A stretch of DNA of 64,000 nucleotides from Batkoa obscura (lineage: Eukaryota). The stretch covers positions 62,001-126,000 of the forward strand of contig JASVEC010000018.1 in the NCBI GenBank assembly GCA_030770535.1. The letters run 5' to 3'. This document shows, piece by piece, positions 27,400-43,046 of the stretch. Position 1 is the stretch's first letter. Every line of letters begins with the position of its first letter. Position numbers and translations under genes: made by a program. The notes under the pieces are model-generated. The model was not told the DNA's origin, did not search any database, and saw only the letters and a list, made by a program, of their open reading frames with translations.

Positions 27400-28854
27400 A
27401 TGGAACCGAAGGTTGAACAATCAAAAACTGAACAAGGTATAGCTTACAACTTTTCTACATAAATGATCAAATACAATTGCGACTAGAAACGGTCAAAATA
27501 TTTTAAAACTTGTGATTGATATTTTTCTATTAGTTGTTACAAAGAGTCACAAATCCACCTGTAGAAAAGAGTTGAAAAATTTAGGGATAAAAAGTCCAAT
27601 GTAAAAATAATATTCCATGTTTCAATATACTAAATAAGATAGGAAAAAAAGGAGCCAAAGAAGAATTAGAACAAAAACTACCCCGACAGTAGATTTAACA
27701 GGAGGAGAAGTAAGTTAAGAAGTATTTTATTTCTACCTTGATCTAAGATTCAATTAAAGGTGAAGAGAAGAGGAAGGCCAAGGAAAGGTACTTTAATATT
27801 GAGTAATATAAACCATGTTAATTAGTTGATTTAAAGCTGTTGTAAATAAACCTATAGAGGCACCGAAGGTATAAATTATATTATCAGTTTGATACGCTTT
27901 TATTTTTTATAAAGAAAGGAAATAAAAGAGGAAGGAAAAAGAAAGGTATAGATGAATAATTCGAAGCAGAAATATACTAATAAACAATAGCTTTGGTAAA
28001 AGAAGACCTGACTAAGAAAAAAGACAATCAAGGAGCAAACGAGTGTTATTTATGTTCAAAAAAAATAAAAGGTGATGCTAATACTTTCAATAAACATATA
28101 GAAGAGTGTATGATAAATCACTATGAGGTATAAAATTATTTAACTAAACGTTTAACATAAATAACAGTTTAAAGGCATTATTACAAGCACAAGCACAAGC
28201 ACAAGAGGATGACTTTCAAGTATTTATTACTATACTTTAATAAAAATATAACTAATTTACTAGATTTTTAACGACACATACGAAGAGTATACTTGGGCAG
28301 GACAGACACGTGTAAGGGCATCCACATTTTTAGAAGGCGCTTTAGGTGGAGGGAGTTTTACTACAGTCAAAAAAAGTGTAGATATTGATGATGACTTGGA
28401 TATAGACATGGTAGAAGAGGTACAATATGGCGAAGCGCAGTTTACAGAAGAAGATTTAAATAAAATAGCTAAGAAAGGCAAGAAATCCAAAAGCGACAAT
28501 GAAAACGAAGCAACTGTCACTTATGAAGATACCATTGATGAACCTAAGACGAATGAAAAGGAAGCAGAACAAAAAACTAAACCAGGAAATGTTCAAAATA
28601 GATTAAATAGTCAAAAAATGATAATTGAATCTTTAAAGCAAAAGATATATTCCTTACAAAATCAAAGTCAACAAACAAACAATAACGTGTCTTGTCTAAT
28701 ATGTCAAGATTCTTATCAAATACCTTTAGTTTCCACCGGTTGCTGGCATGTGCACTGTGAAACCTGTTGGCTCCAGAGTTTAGCAGTTAAAAAACTATGT
28801 CCACAATGTCAGCGTATCACCTTCCCTTCAGAATTAAGACGGATCTATCTTTAA
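27400..28854 (+). CDS. RNF220-like RING E3 ubiquitin ligase
   Basis: YEEYTWAGQTRVRASTFLEG, QYGEAQFTE, C-terminal CLICQDSY..PLVSTGCWHVHCETCWLQSLAVKKLCPQC..IT.P.ELRRIYL; many small 5' exons. Confidence 0.82.
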
Positions 28855-29247
28855 CTTTTAGCTGTATATCCTTTAAAGTTCAAATTCATTATATTCTACT
28901 TCCAATATGAATGATAGAAGATTGGTCAATATGTTGTAAAAACGAATTTTTATTATTGGAATGGTCCTGATAATGATTTGCATGTGATTTAACATCAATA
29001 GTATTTTACTTGGAAATATCATGGTAATCCATAAACTTAATTTAAAAATACATATATTAGCTTCTTTTACTATAATAAAAACACGAAAACTATAAATCTT
29101 AAACACTTTTTTGTGCTATTATTGTATACTTAATTTTTAACTTATTCTTATTTTTAATATTCACTCAATAGTTTAAATTTTTTATACCAAAATTCATGCA
29201 ACTTAAGATTAAATTGTTGAAAAAGCAAATTTCTTTTTTAAAATAAA

Positions 29248-29987
29248 ATGAGACCTTTGACTGAAGAAGAAACCAAGATATTTTTCGAAAAATTAAGCAA
29301 ATAGTAATCAAAAGTTGTATATAAAGGTTGAATTAACTTAGTTTATGAAATCTAGTATTGGCCCAAATATAGTCCACCTTATTGATCGTCCAGACGAGTT
29401 ATATTGCTTTAGATTACATGACAACAGAGTTTATTATGTTAGGTAAGAAAATTAAGTAAAAATTAAAGTTTATTTGATGATTTACAAATAGTGAATCTAT
29501 AATGAGAAAAGCAACTAGTGTAGGAAGGGATCAACTGATGTCCTTAGGCGTATGCTTTGGAAAATTTACCAAAACTTTAAAATTTAAACTACATATCACC
29601 GCTTTAGACTATATTGCACAACACGCAATGGTAACTAACTTGGATTATTAAAAAGTATTATTAAAAACACTCATTAGTATAAAATGTGGATTAAACCTAA
29701 TGGAGAGATGCCATTTTTATATGGTAATAACGTGGTTAAAGCCCATTTAGGTCGTATCTCTGAGGATGTCCCAGAGCATCAAGGCATTGTGTTTCTTTCA
29801 ATGTCCGATTCACCACTAGTAACATAGATGTCTACTCCAGTTAATCTACATACTAAAGTTTTTTTAGGGATTTGGTGTAACCGCACGTTCTAGTAATGAT
29901 ATGAAAAAATTGGAACCTACTGCCATCATTGCCTATCATCAAGCAGATTGTGGAGAATATCTTCGTCAAGAAGATACTCTTATGTAA
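29248..29987 (+). CDS. NIP7: 60S ribosome biogenesis factor Nip7
   Basis: [81 protein letters not shown]; 4 introns; not in the ORF track. Confidence 0.95.
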
Positions 29988-30686
29988 CTAATTATATTTT
30001 CTATAGACAAACCATACATTATATAAATTAATACTTATATATAAAAATAAAAAGAGAGTTATTTTTTGTTATGTGTTACAAAACATTTTTTACATATAAA
30101 TTAAGTAAATATACATGTACCCTTTTTAGCCCTTTCCAGATCTAATTATTAGGTTCTCTTTACTTCTTTTCATGTTTTACAAAACTCAAGTTATATAATA
30201 ACTAAATGAACCAAGTGTTTTATTAAACCAATTATGATTTAAGCTTTTTAAAAACAAGCTGATTCTCGGAAACCATCTAGAAATAAATTTTAAATAAACT
30301 AAAGTTGGATGTTATCCCCACTTTCTTTATTCTTAGATAGGTTAATAAAGTAAACAACTGTAACCCTTACAAGAAAACCATCCTATTTGGAATTATTGTA
30401 TTTTATTAAAGAACTAAATTAAGTCTATCATAGTCCCTTTTTAAAATAAATTATAATATATGTTAAAACTTTAGATATCCATTAATTAAATCAAAACTTA
30501 ACAGATTTTATTATTATATTATATAATTACATTAAATATGTCTTTTCTTTATATTTGATTAATTTAACCTTTTAATAAATTTATCAAAAAATCCCATAAC
30601 AACTATTGCTTTAATCAATCCAATTTAAGTAAATTTCTCAACTTTGAAAAAAAACACTATCTCAGCTTGATTTAAAGAAATTCAAA

Positions 30687-31142
30687 ATGTCATCTAATTC
30701 TTTCTCCAAAGTACTTAATAAATCTTTAGATGTCGCTAAAAAGGCTGTTGAGGCCGGTACTAAAGTAGCCAATAAGGCTGTATCTCAAACTTCCCAACAA
30801 TTAAACTCAGCATCTCCAAAAGTTTCAAGTAAGTGAAAGTAATTAAACAAAAAGAATCTAAATTTATATATTATAGGTTTATTTGATAAAGCCGTATATA
30901 ACTCCAAAGTTGGTATTGAAGTAGCTAAAGAAGTTTATAAAAGAGAGCATATGGCACCACCAACTAGCCAGCAATTACAACAAGCTAAGGAACAATTAAA
31001 GAACATTGCTACTCCAGAGTATATTAGAAATCTTTCTATGACTCACGTTTATACCGCAGCTTATTACGGAACTCAAATTTATGGGTTCTTCTTGGTTGGA
31101 GAAATAATTGGTCGCATGAGTTTAGTCGGTTATAGCGTTTAA
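30687..31142 (+). CDS. ATP20: Mitochondrial ATP synthase subunit g
   Basis: YNSKVGIEVAKEVYKREHMAPP..., YGFFLVGEIIGRMSLVGY; one intron near 30829-30877. Confidence 0.88.
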
Positions 31143-31781
31143 TATATTTTAATTATAAAGTAAAGCAAATAAGTTTATTTTTGATTTAATAATTTATATA
31201 GAATGTAAGAATTATAATTTAGTTGTATTAATTTGTAATTTAATTTTCATTCAATTTATCCAACTTAGGTACCTATCCTATTTATTGTAAATCAATCAAA
31301 TTGCTTTAATGTCTTAATTAATTAACATATACTTTCTGTATCCATACTTATAGGACTATAAAAACAATCAATAAGTTAGATATTTACAAAAGCATATCAA
31401 ATTCAACCATACAGCTATTGATTATATTAAAAAACAATGGTAATTTTAGATAGATTTTAACAAATTAGATACAATTGAAACTTTATGTCTATAAAAAAAC
31501 TGTAGTAACTACCATTATATCAAATACATAAATACTTTTTACTTGCTTTTTTATACTTTAGTTAATGACATGAAATTTGTTGTAATAATAGTATAAATAA
31601 TTTTATTTGACTAAAATAAAAATACCGAAGTTTTGGGCTTAACACATCATAAACCTAATACAATATAACTCATATAAATAACTTCAGTTAACTTTAAATT
31701 CTACATAACAATTAAAAATAATAAGCTTTTAAGCTTTAACATACCAAATATTAAAAAAAGTTGCTTAAAACCAATTTAATT

Positions 31782-32672
31782 TCAAACTTGATATTTAAAA
31801 TTATGGCATTGTTCTTGAGATGAAAGTTCAAATCCAAGCTCTTTGACAATACCGTCCTTAAGATCGTAAACAAAGCCATGGATACTGAGATTTCTACCCT
31901 GTTTCCAAGCGTCTTGGACAAAACTAGTGAGGGCTACCTTTCGCATTGATCTTTGAACGTTCAATTCAATAATTTTATTGATTTTAGCTTCTTCATCATC
32001 GATAGCTAAAGAATGTTTAACATGAAAAAAGGAATACTAAGTAAAAAAAACTACCTAACAACTCTTCACGGTTGGCTAATAAAAAGTAAAGTTAAATAAA
32101 ATCAAATAGAATTATATTATAATCACCATCTTGTACTTCACGAATGCATTGTAACCAAGAATCAATGAGACCTAATCTTTTATCTGATAATGAAGCTAAA
32201 ACACCTCCACATTGACGATGACCGCAAACGAAAATATGCTCCACCTTCAATACCTCAACCGAATACTGAATAACACAAAGTGCGCTAAGATCTCCAGGGC
32301 TAATAACATTTGCAATATTCCTTAATACGAAAAGTTCTCCAGGTTCTTGAAAAGAATGATTAAAAAATAAACAAACGTTTTTTATTTAATTTACTTGCAC
32401 CAAAAATTTCAGAAGCTGGGACTCTAGAATCTGAGCAACCTAAATTAACATGCTTTAATATATATATTATACATATTATATCTATATACCAATAAAAAGA
32501 ACTTTTGGTTGTTGCCCGCTGCTTAATTTTTCAAATAAGTCGGGCTCTTCTTGTGCTTTTCGAGCAGCCCATTCAGTATTCCCTTTCAATAAGCGTTGTA
32601 CTAAATCTGTATAAATTAATAATATATCTAACAAGCTTTAATCAATATCATACCATATCTTAACTCTTCCAT
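31782..32672 (-). CDS. Beta-class carbonic anhydrase (Nce103/Can-like)
   Basis: [81 protein letters not shown]. Confidence 0.92.
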
Positions 32673-33398
32673 TTTAAGTTTAGTTTGCTATTTTCACTTC
32701 TTTTTTTTGCTTTTATAGCTCTATTTTGTGGTTATAGCTTTGATCCAATGATTTATTTCATGACATAATTAAACAGTTTGTATACCCAGAAACATTAAAC
32801 CAAATAGTTCTTATTTTGAATAATAAAATAATTAACGTCAGTATTATGGTTATGCTTAGATTTAAAGACAATGAAATGTTATAGCTAAAAAAATGAATGC
32901 CTTCAATAAGCTATACCAAACAAAACATGTTTAAAACAATAAATTGATTTACTAAATATTTAAAAACAAATTTTATTGAGAATAATATGATATATAATAT
33001 ATTATAAGTATTAGCTTATAAAAGATACTTTTACATGAACTTTTAATGAAAGCGATATCAATTAAAGTGCTAACAAAACCAGTACTGCTATACATAATAC
33101 TTATATACAATACACTATGAAGCTAATGAATACATTGTTAAGAGCACAATAACTACATGACTAATATAGTAATATTATTATTAGTAAAGTCTTTATTTTT
33201 AGCATTTATTTGATGAAACGAATGAAAGGTGATTAATCTGGCGAAAAAGCATTGAGCTGATTATAATAAAGTCCAATCAAAAAGGACGGCTGCCGCCAAA
33301 ACCAAAAAAGGAAATAACTTACAGGTAGTTTATCAGCCAATCACTAGAACAAAGTATATATACAATAGAAACAAAACTTTAAATAAAGAGATATCAAA

Positions 33399-35449
<2,051 letters not shown>

Positions 35450-35667
35450 TCTATTTAATATATGTTTAATATCTATCAATTTAAAGCATTTTTGCACTAT
35501 CAAATAAAATAATAACAGATAACTAAAAACAATGAAATAGGTTCATACCTTTACTGTTATATTTCATAATAGCTATTAATATCGAATAAATAATTGTGAT
35601 AATTGATACTAATAATGATTGTACTCAATAAACAAACAAATCCCTTGCTTTAGCTACTGTCTTTATA

Positions 35668-35765
35668 TGGTGATATATTTTTTTGCTCAACAATCTCACC
35701 ATCAGTTTTTCCACTCAAGTAACGCTTCAAAAACAGAAAGTGATGAAATAAAAAAAAATGCTCCA
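35668..35765 (+). mobile_element. MITE copy 5 (strongly diverged)
   Basis: TA-TGGTGATATATTTTTTTG...TTTCCACTCAAGTAACGCTTC...AAAGTGATGAAATAAAAAAAAATGCTCCA-TA. Confidence 0.7.
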
Positions 35766-36076
35766 TATACTAACTCAATTAGACTATAAATAGTCAATAC
35801 TACCTCTAATTTATGAACTAAATAAAATAATAATAAAATCGATTTAAATATTAGATTAAATTGTATAAATTTTATGCATAAAAAAATAGAAATTTGGTTT
35901 CTACTATACATAGTACTTACTATAATACCTACATTAATACATATTAAACAAAATAATTTCACTCATCTCATTTAATGTAAATAACATCAATCAAAAAAAG
36001 ATATGTTTTAACTTATTTTAAATAAGCTAGAAATATAACAAATTTAAAATATTTTTGTCTAGATCTATTCCTTTGT

Positions 36077-36455
36077 TTATTTCTTCTTGATAGTAGAACG
36101 ACGCCCTTGTCCTAAGAATAAAAAGTAAGCCATAAATGAAAATAAAAATAAACCCATTTTTTAAAGTACCTTTTTTAGGAGCTCCTTTACCACGCTTCTT
36201 ACGGGACTCTAAAATTTCAAGTCTATAATCTTCATCAGCAGTACGTTTATCAAGGTTTAAGTCAGGATTTTCTTTAATGAAAGAAACAATGTTAAATTGT
36301 TCTGGATAATAACTTAAAAGTTCGGGCCCTTTTAATGGAGTCAAAAATTTACGTGCTGTCCTTATACTCTTTTCTCCTACTTGATAGTGACCAAACACTT
36401 TGGCTATCACTTGCTGTAATGCTGCTTTTCTAGTAGCGCTTATTATTGTACTCAT
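36077..36455 (-). CDS. RSM27: Mitochondrial ribosomal small-subunit protein mS33 (Rsm27)
   Basis: KVFG......RTARKFL..PLKGP.L.SYYP ... DEDYRL.....RKKRGKGAPKK, spliced to GQGRRS. Confidence 0.85.
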
Positions 36456-37595
36456 TTTAAAAACAGGTAGAGTAAAGATAGAACTTAGAAATATTTTAGA
36501 TGAAATATTCAAATAGTTATGCAAAGGATCAAAGTTTGCAAAAAATGGAATTAGCAACACAATTCAAAAAAAATCACTTAACCAAAATATAAACATTTTA
36601 CTTTATAAGTTATAATACCATTATCCTTTGGAAATTCCGATTTTTATATGATAGCTATAATTTGTAAGTCTTTAAGGGACAATATAAATTAAAGCAGTAA
36701 AAAAGGGAAATAGAGTTTTTGATCAAATATCAATAACCTTTATAAAATATTTTTATAATAAACTTTACAATTAACTTTGCATTTTACATGAAGAACAGTT
36801 GTCTTTTTTCGCTATATTCAAATACAGTGTAATATTCTATTATATAAATTTCTATAAATTAATTAGAAATATAAGCAATAATAACGAGTAACTTAGTAAT
36901 TTTCATATTAGTTTACGTTTGATACTTAAAAACTTAAGAGCTTTAATAGCCCCTATAACAACTTTTACACAGTAGTTTAGTTATAACTTGAAAATAAACT
37001 AATTTCTATTTTTAGTTGCTTTTATTATATAAACATGACCTGTTAACTATTTAATTAAAGTTTTCTAATTCGAACTTTAAAATAAATACCTAATTAGAAA
37101 ACCTCTTCAAATATGTTTAAAATTAGCTATATATACTATAAGTATTCTTTAGACCTTTGATACTACTTAATTATATTTTTTAATGGAACCCAATAGATAT
37201 ACCCAATATTTTTATGTAAACTTTAGACTATTAACTTTAGTTCTTTGTTAGATAAAAGCGAACAAAACATTTTAATAAAAATGAGTTCAATGAAAATAAT
37301 TGAAATAAACTAATGATATATACATAATATGAATATAAACTTTTTATGTCAGATTAACCATTTCAGTACTTGGAACCCAATCAATTTGATTTATTTCACT
37401 GTTTCAAATATTGCCTCATAATTGATTGAGATAGAAAATAAAATAGCGTTAACAAGCTATAAAAACCAATTAAAATTAGTCAATTATCTGCATAGTATAC
37501 CAAATTAAGTAAATTAGCTTTAAATAAATTCTAATAGTTGATAAAATAAAACGATCCTTTTTCCAGTTTGATTTACAACTTTGAAATCAAAAATA

Positions 37596-39967
37596 ATGAC
37601 AAATATCAACAACCAAAAGGACAAAAGTGATCATTCTTTCATCTCAGGAGTTTACATAAAACGTAAGCCGATGTTTTTATTGTAATTCGAAATTGACCCA
37701 AGTTTAGGCTACGGAAATAAAGATTGTGAAAGACCTTACTCATCTAATCCAACAATCCTCAAAAAAATTGTAGAGGACCCAGAACTATATAATCGCTCTA
37801 CTCAACCTAATTACAGAAAACTCGATTCACTAAATGAACTCGATGACTTCTTAGACAAAAATAAAATTGGAGAACTCGAATCAATCCCAACAAGAGAAAA
37901 CTCAACAACAACTGAAGAGAAGCCAATTCAACAAGAAGTCCCAGTTTTGCCCTCTTTAAGCCAAGATTCAACCCAGCATATCTCCCAAATGAGAGAGATC
38001 GACTGTTATAATTATAAAATAGATTATAAGAGACATCTAAAAACAAAAAATCTTATTTGGGCTCATTTGATATCATGTAATCCAGAAATTGGTGATATTT
38101 TTATAAAAGAACCTACAGAAATGGTTACGTTTGGCCGAACTAGTGATTGTGACTATCGGTAATATAGTTTAAAATTTTAAAGGATTGGCTTATCAATTTA
38201 GCTTTCTTGTTGAGAACGTTAGTAAAAACCACGCCATTTTATATGTAAGGAACTATAAGTAACAACCTATCAAAAACTAAACATTTAATAGCTTAAAGTG
38301 GACTTCGAAGGCCTTGAAAAAAATGAAGTATATATTGAGGACACCAGGTATTAAATTAAAAACAAACTGTTATGTTAAACTATTTTAGCTACAATGGAGT
38401 GTATGTTAATGGAGAGAGGATAGTAAAAAATAAGAAGACTTTGTTAAAAGATGGCGATGAAATTCAGTTGACAAAATGGGAACATGGTGTAAAGTTCTTT
38501 GATGACAGATGTATTTATTATTAGCTGTTTTATTGAATCTAGCTAACTTACTTAATTTATTTATAGGGTTCATCTACAAATCTACTTTAACTAAGGTTTC
38601 GAAATTTATATAATATGTATACTTATGATTAATTTAAGGTTATAGCCTAATGAAAGAAAAAACATCCTTCATGAACTTAGAAGCGTAAACTAGATTAAAT
38701 TGTATCTACATTAACATTAATTTAATTTATCAGCCCGAAGAAAGATACGAGATGAAGTATGAAATCGGCAAGTAATTCTTTTCAATTTACAATTGTCATT
38801 TTTTTATTGTTAAAGGGGACATTATGCAAACGTGCTACTTGCTATTCATAGATATACAGGGATAATGTATGCTGTAAAATCTATAAATAAAACAAAGCTT
38901 AATGTCCACCCAGAGCATAAAGCTTACATTGAAAGAGAAGTAGATATATTAAAAAAGATTTCCCACGTAAAAATACTACAATATTTATATTATAGCTAAT
39001 CTTTTATTTATAGCCTTTCGTCATAAGTTCAGTTGAAAATTATATTCACGAAGAAAAGTTTAACATCATCTTTGATTAGTAATTTGCCAGTTTCTTATTT
39101 GGTTTACAGTATATAATTTTTATTCTCAATAGTTACCCAGACGGCGATTTATATGACTTATTTGCTACTTCGACCCGCCTTAATGAGGTCCAGGTAGTAA
39201 GAATCGCTTATCAAATGCTTTCAGCTTTAAAGGTATCCCTATACCTCTTTATAAGACAACAATAGTAATAATTTAAAAGTATTTGCATCAAAACGAGATT
39301 ATACATCGAGATATTAAACCAGAAGTATATCTAGTTATTTATTTTGATTACTTGTTTATTAATAAATTAAACTTAGAATGTTTTAGTTGTTAACAAATCC
39401 AATTTTAAAATAGTTTTGGCTGATTTTGGATTAGCCAGATTTTCTGATGGAAGGGAAACCTTTAGTTCCCTTGTTGGTAGTGCTAGCTATGCTGCACCAG
39501 AAGTAAACAACTTTGAGAATTGTAGAAGTTACACAGAAACCTGTGATATTTGGAGTTTAGGAGTCATGGTTTTTGTTGGTGTTTTTTTTCAAATGCCATT
39601 TGATAGTATTTTACTTTTGCTATTTTTTACATTTTATTTATATAAACATTAGAGACCAAAAGTCAACCTATTGTATCGACCGATGTTGCAAAATTATTTG
39701 AACTTGAGAAGTGGACTGGTGTATCAGGAAAAATGAAGAATTTTATAAGATCACTTTTGCAATTTCAGAAAGATGCAAGACCTAGTGCCGCTCAAGCACT
39801 AAATGACCCATTAATAGTAAGCTATTTAGTACAAAATAACTGAGACTAAAATTATTTTATAGATCTCATATGAAGAAGAACTTGAGGATTTGATAGAGTA
39901 TGAATACGAATTCACTCAAAAACCAGATAGCATCGCTTATGATACTGACCATATTTCATTGAGATAA
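37596..39967 (+). CDS. FHA-domain Ser/Thr kinase, Chk2/Cds1/Dun1/Mek1 family
   Basis: A few N-terminal SQ/TQ motifs; FHA motifs FGR, SKNH, DTSYNGVYVNG; kinase motifs IGKGHYANV, YAVK, HRDIKPEN, LADFGLAR, GSASYAAPEV, CDIWSLGV; about 14 introns. Confidence 0.85.
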
Positions 39968-41024
39968 TATAAGTAGTATGATTTTAATACTTTATGTGTT
40001 TTATAAAAATACTAAATACATATAATAAAATTAATCCATCAAAAAATTAAACATATCTCTTGTTATTATGATTAAAGTAAAATGTGTAAATGCCCCTTTT
40101 CTTGATCATTTAGCTGTTATTTTTTTATATTTTAAGCTATTTCAAAAGTGCACAATGTATCGAAATAAAAGAACGATCACTGTATGCTTGATCCATTGAT
40201 TAATTTGCTTTTATTCACAATTCATAATTTCATATGTCCCTATGCTCCCTCCCTTATTGAAGACCCTTCCTTTTTTTGACTTTTCCAAGGGTCTTCTATT
40301 TTAAAACTTTTTATACACTAGCTAGATAACATAACATTTGCAGCATTAAATTTAAAAAACATTATAATTTTATCAATGATACTTTATCATTTTAAAAGTA
40401 ACTTAAAGTATAATAAACTAAAACTAATATTTATATATTTTCACATTATCTATTTCATTTTAGTATCACTAAATAATAGAAATATATAATTTTATCAAAA
40501 TATTGATTAACATACCAGAATAAATGCTTTATTGTTCGATTACTAGATTTCTTTAATGACTGTTTTTGATGTGCTTATTGATAGATAACATAGTGTTGAT
40601 TTATTAATGTGTTTGTTATTTACCAAAATAAAATAAAATATTTTTAAGGATTTTTTAATATTGAGTTAATAATTATGCTTATATATTCTTTATAATTTTT
40701 ATATCATTAGCATCTAAGATTTGCTATATAGAAATGAATTTGAATAAATAAGCATTTGTAGGTGCTTTTGATTTATTTCTATCATGTAAAATTTACAATG
40801 GATTAATACAATCTTATTAAATATACTACTCAAATTTTATACTTGTTAAATTACTGAATCAAAGTATTTGTTAAAATAGAGCCATTCAAATCTCTTTATT
40901 AAAGCAATAAAATGATTTAATTGGCCAATAATTTGACATTTCTATCTATGTATTTAGTATTATAACTTAATATAAGATACAGTTTCGACTCTCTCTCTCA
41001 AATTACAACTTGTAGATTTGAAAA

Positions 41025-41680
41025 ATGGTAGGAATTTATTACAATATATATCAGTAGATAAAGAGGAAAAAGGAGTATAAAGGAAATAAAACAGACATAA
41101 CATTATTATAAACCCAATTTTTTGATGGATGCATATTACTTTTTTCCCCGATCTACATTACAAAATAGATGAAAGCTTATTAACAGAATAAAATAGCCTA
41201 CTCGTCTTAGTAAAAATCGTAAGAAGCGTGGTCATGTATCAGCCGGTCACGGTCGTGTAGGTAAACACCGTAAGCATCCGGGAGGTCGTGGTCTTGCTGG
41301 TGGTCAACATCACCATCGTATCAACATGGATAAATACCATCCAGGTTATTTCGGTAAAGTAGGTATGCGTCATTTCCACTTGAAACAAAATCCAAACTTC
41401 AGACCAGTTATTAACTGTGCTAAACTCGCTACCCTTGTACCTGAAGAAATTCGTCAACAAGTTGCTGGTAAAGAAATTGCCCCAGTCGTTGATGTATTAG
41501 CTCACGTAAGAAATTTACATTTCAAAATTATTCACATACTAATAATTTCAGGGATACGGAAAAGTTTTAGCTAAAGGACGTCTTGCTGAACAACCATTAA
41601 TTGTTAAGACTCGTTCTATCTCTCGCCGTGCCGAAGATAAGATCAAGGCTAATGGTGGAGCTGTTGTTCTTATTGCCTAA
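41025..41680 (+). CDS. RPL28: 60S ribosomal protein uL15 (yeast L28 / human L27a)
   Basis: ATG-only first coding exon, intron 41028-41196, then [65 protein letters not shown]. Confidence 0.96.
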
Positions 41681-43046
41681 AGATCTAATAAATATATTTA
41701 TATAAAAGGAAATAAATGGTAATATATAAAATAAAGTAATTTTTTTTAGATGTAGAAGGTAAAAAATATTACGCAATAAAAAGAATAAACATATATGGTT
41801 ATAAGTAAATGAAAATAGTATTAAGACTTTGAATATCAGTAGTAGACTTATTAGGTAAAAAGCAATGTTTACATAAAGTCTGTAACAATATTTCAAAGAT
41901 ATTTATGACAGTCACTTGATTGCTATTTATTGAGACAATAAAATATATAGCAATCATGTTATATCGTCAGAATTTTTAATGTTTGCCAGCTTAGTTATTA
42001 TTTAAAGCCAGTTACTTTTTTGCTTGCTTATTTGAGCATTTATCCCTTTTGTTGTACTATAATAATAAACATTCAAAATTATTATTATTGTTCGCAGTTT
42101 ATTATTTATAATCCATGTGTATAGTTTATTGACGTCAATGAATTATAGATTTAACTAGTTATGTTTAATAAGTCAAGTGAAGCAATTGCTACAATATTTT
42201 TTCTAAAATGCACTATTAGTTAACATTTAATTTTAATTTATAGTCTAGTTCAACCGATTCAAAAAGTTGTCATTTTAAAACAATCTGCGGGTCTATTAAT
42301 GTTTATTTTACATATAATAGCCAAACCTTTTTTTATAAATAAAATTATATTAGTTCGACTTGTTGAAAGTATACAATTGATAGTTTAAGTTAGAATCGGA
42401 AATAATTGGATTATTCCTTTTTTAATATTATATAAATTGCATTATTATTTAATAAACAAATCAGTGTAATTGATGGATCCCATAGCACTTTTTCAAATCT
42501 CAGAGTATACTACTTATAAATTGAAAATTTATTAAATATACTTAAATCCTAATAGTTATTGATACTTTAATATAGTGTATTTTGAATAGCTTGTACAATA
42601 TAGTAAATAAGCTGTGAGTTCTAGAAGTATGAACCTTATTAATGTTACAATAATAAATGATTGTAACATTTTTCCACGTACTCTATATACTATTCTTAGG
42701 AAATAAGTGATGTAGCATGACTAACCACTTTTACTTAAACTAATTAAACTCTATGAAAATTGATTAATCCAATCATTAAGCCTATTTGCTATTGATATAC
42801 AGTTTCTATTTTAGGAGAAGAATCAAAATTCTCGATGGGACAAAAAAATAAAGAAATTACACCAATTAAGTTCGGGTATTTAATCTTTAACTTTCTCAAT
42901 TGGTTTTAGATAAGAAGATTATGCATAGAGGAATATTACCCAATTAGGTCTAGTAAACTATAAGAATACATAAACTGAAAAGGTTTAAAATCCACCTCAA
43001 GTGAAAAAATCAAAATTACACTTTATTAACTAAAAGTAAAAGTAAA

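Noticed and set aside
27437..27533. Possible box C/D snoRNA in the first RNF220-like intron (ATGATCA...TTGA)
   Set aside because: Both boxes are non-consensus, there is no terminal stem, and I could not identify an rRNA-complementary guide.
33291..33300. E2F-like site (TTTGGCGG on the minus strand) upstream of GCN5
   Set aside because: A single short match with no recurrence or conservation evidence in this window.
35702..35962. 86-aa minus-strand ORF in the track
   Set aside because: Non-ATG start, AT-rich low-information sequence, and its 3' part is MITE copy 5.
39233..39279. Possible U12-type intron (donor GTATCCCT) in the FHA kinase
   Set aside because: One mismatch to GTATCCTT, no TCCTTAAC-like branch site, and ordinary length. 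Most simply a U2 intron.
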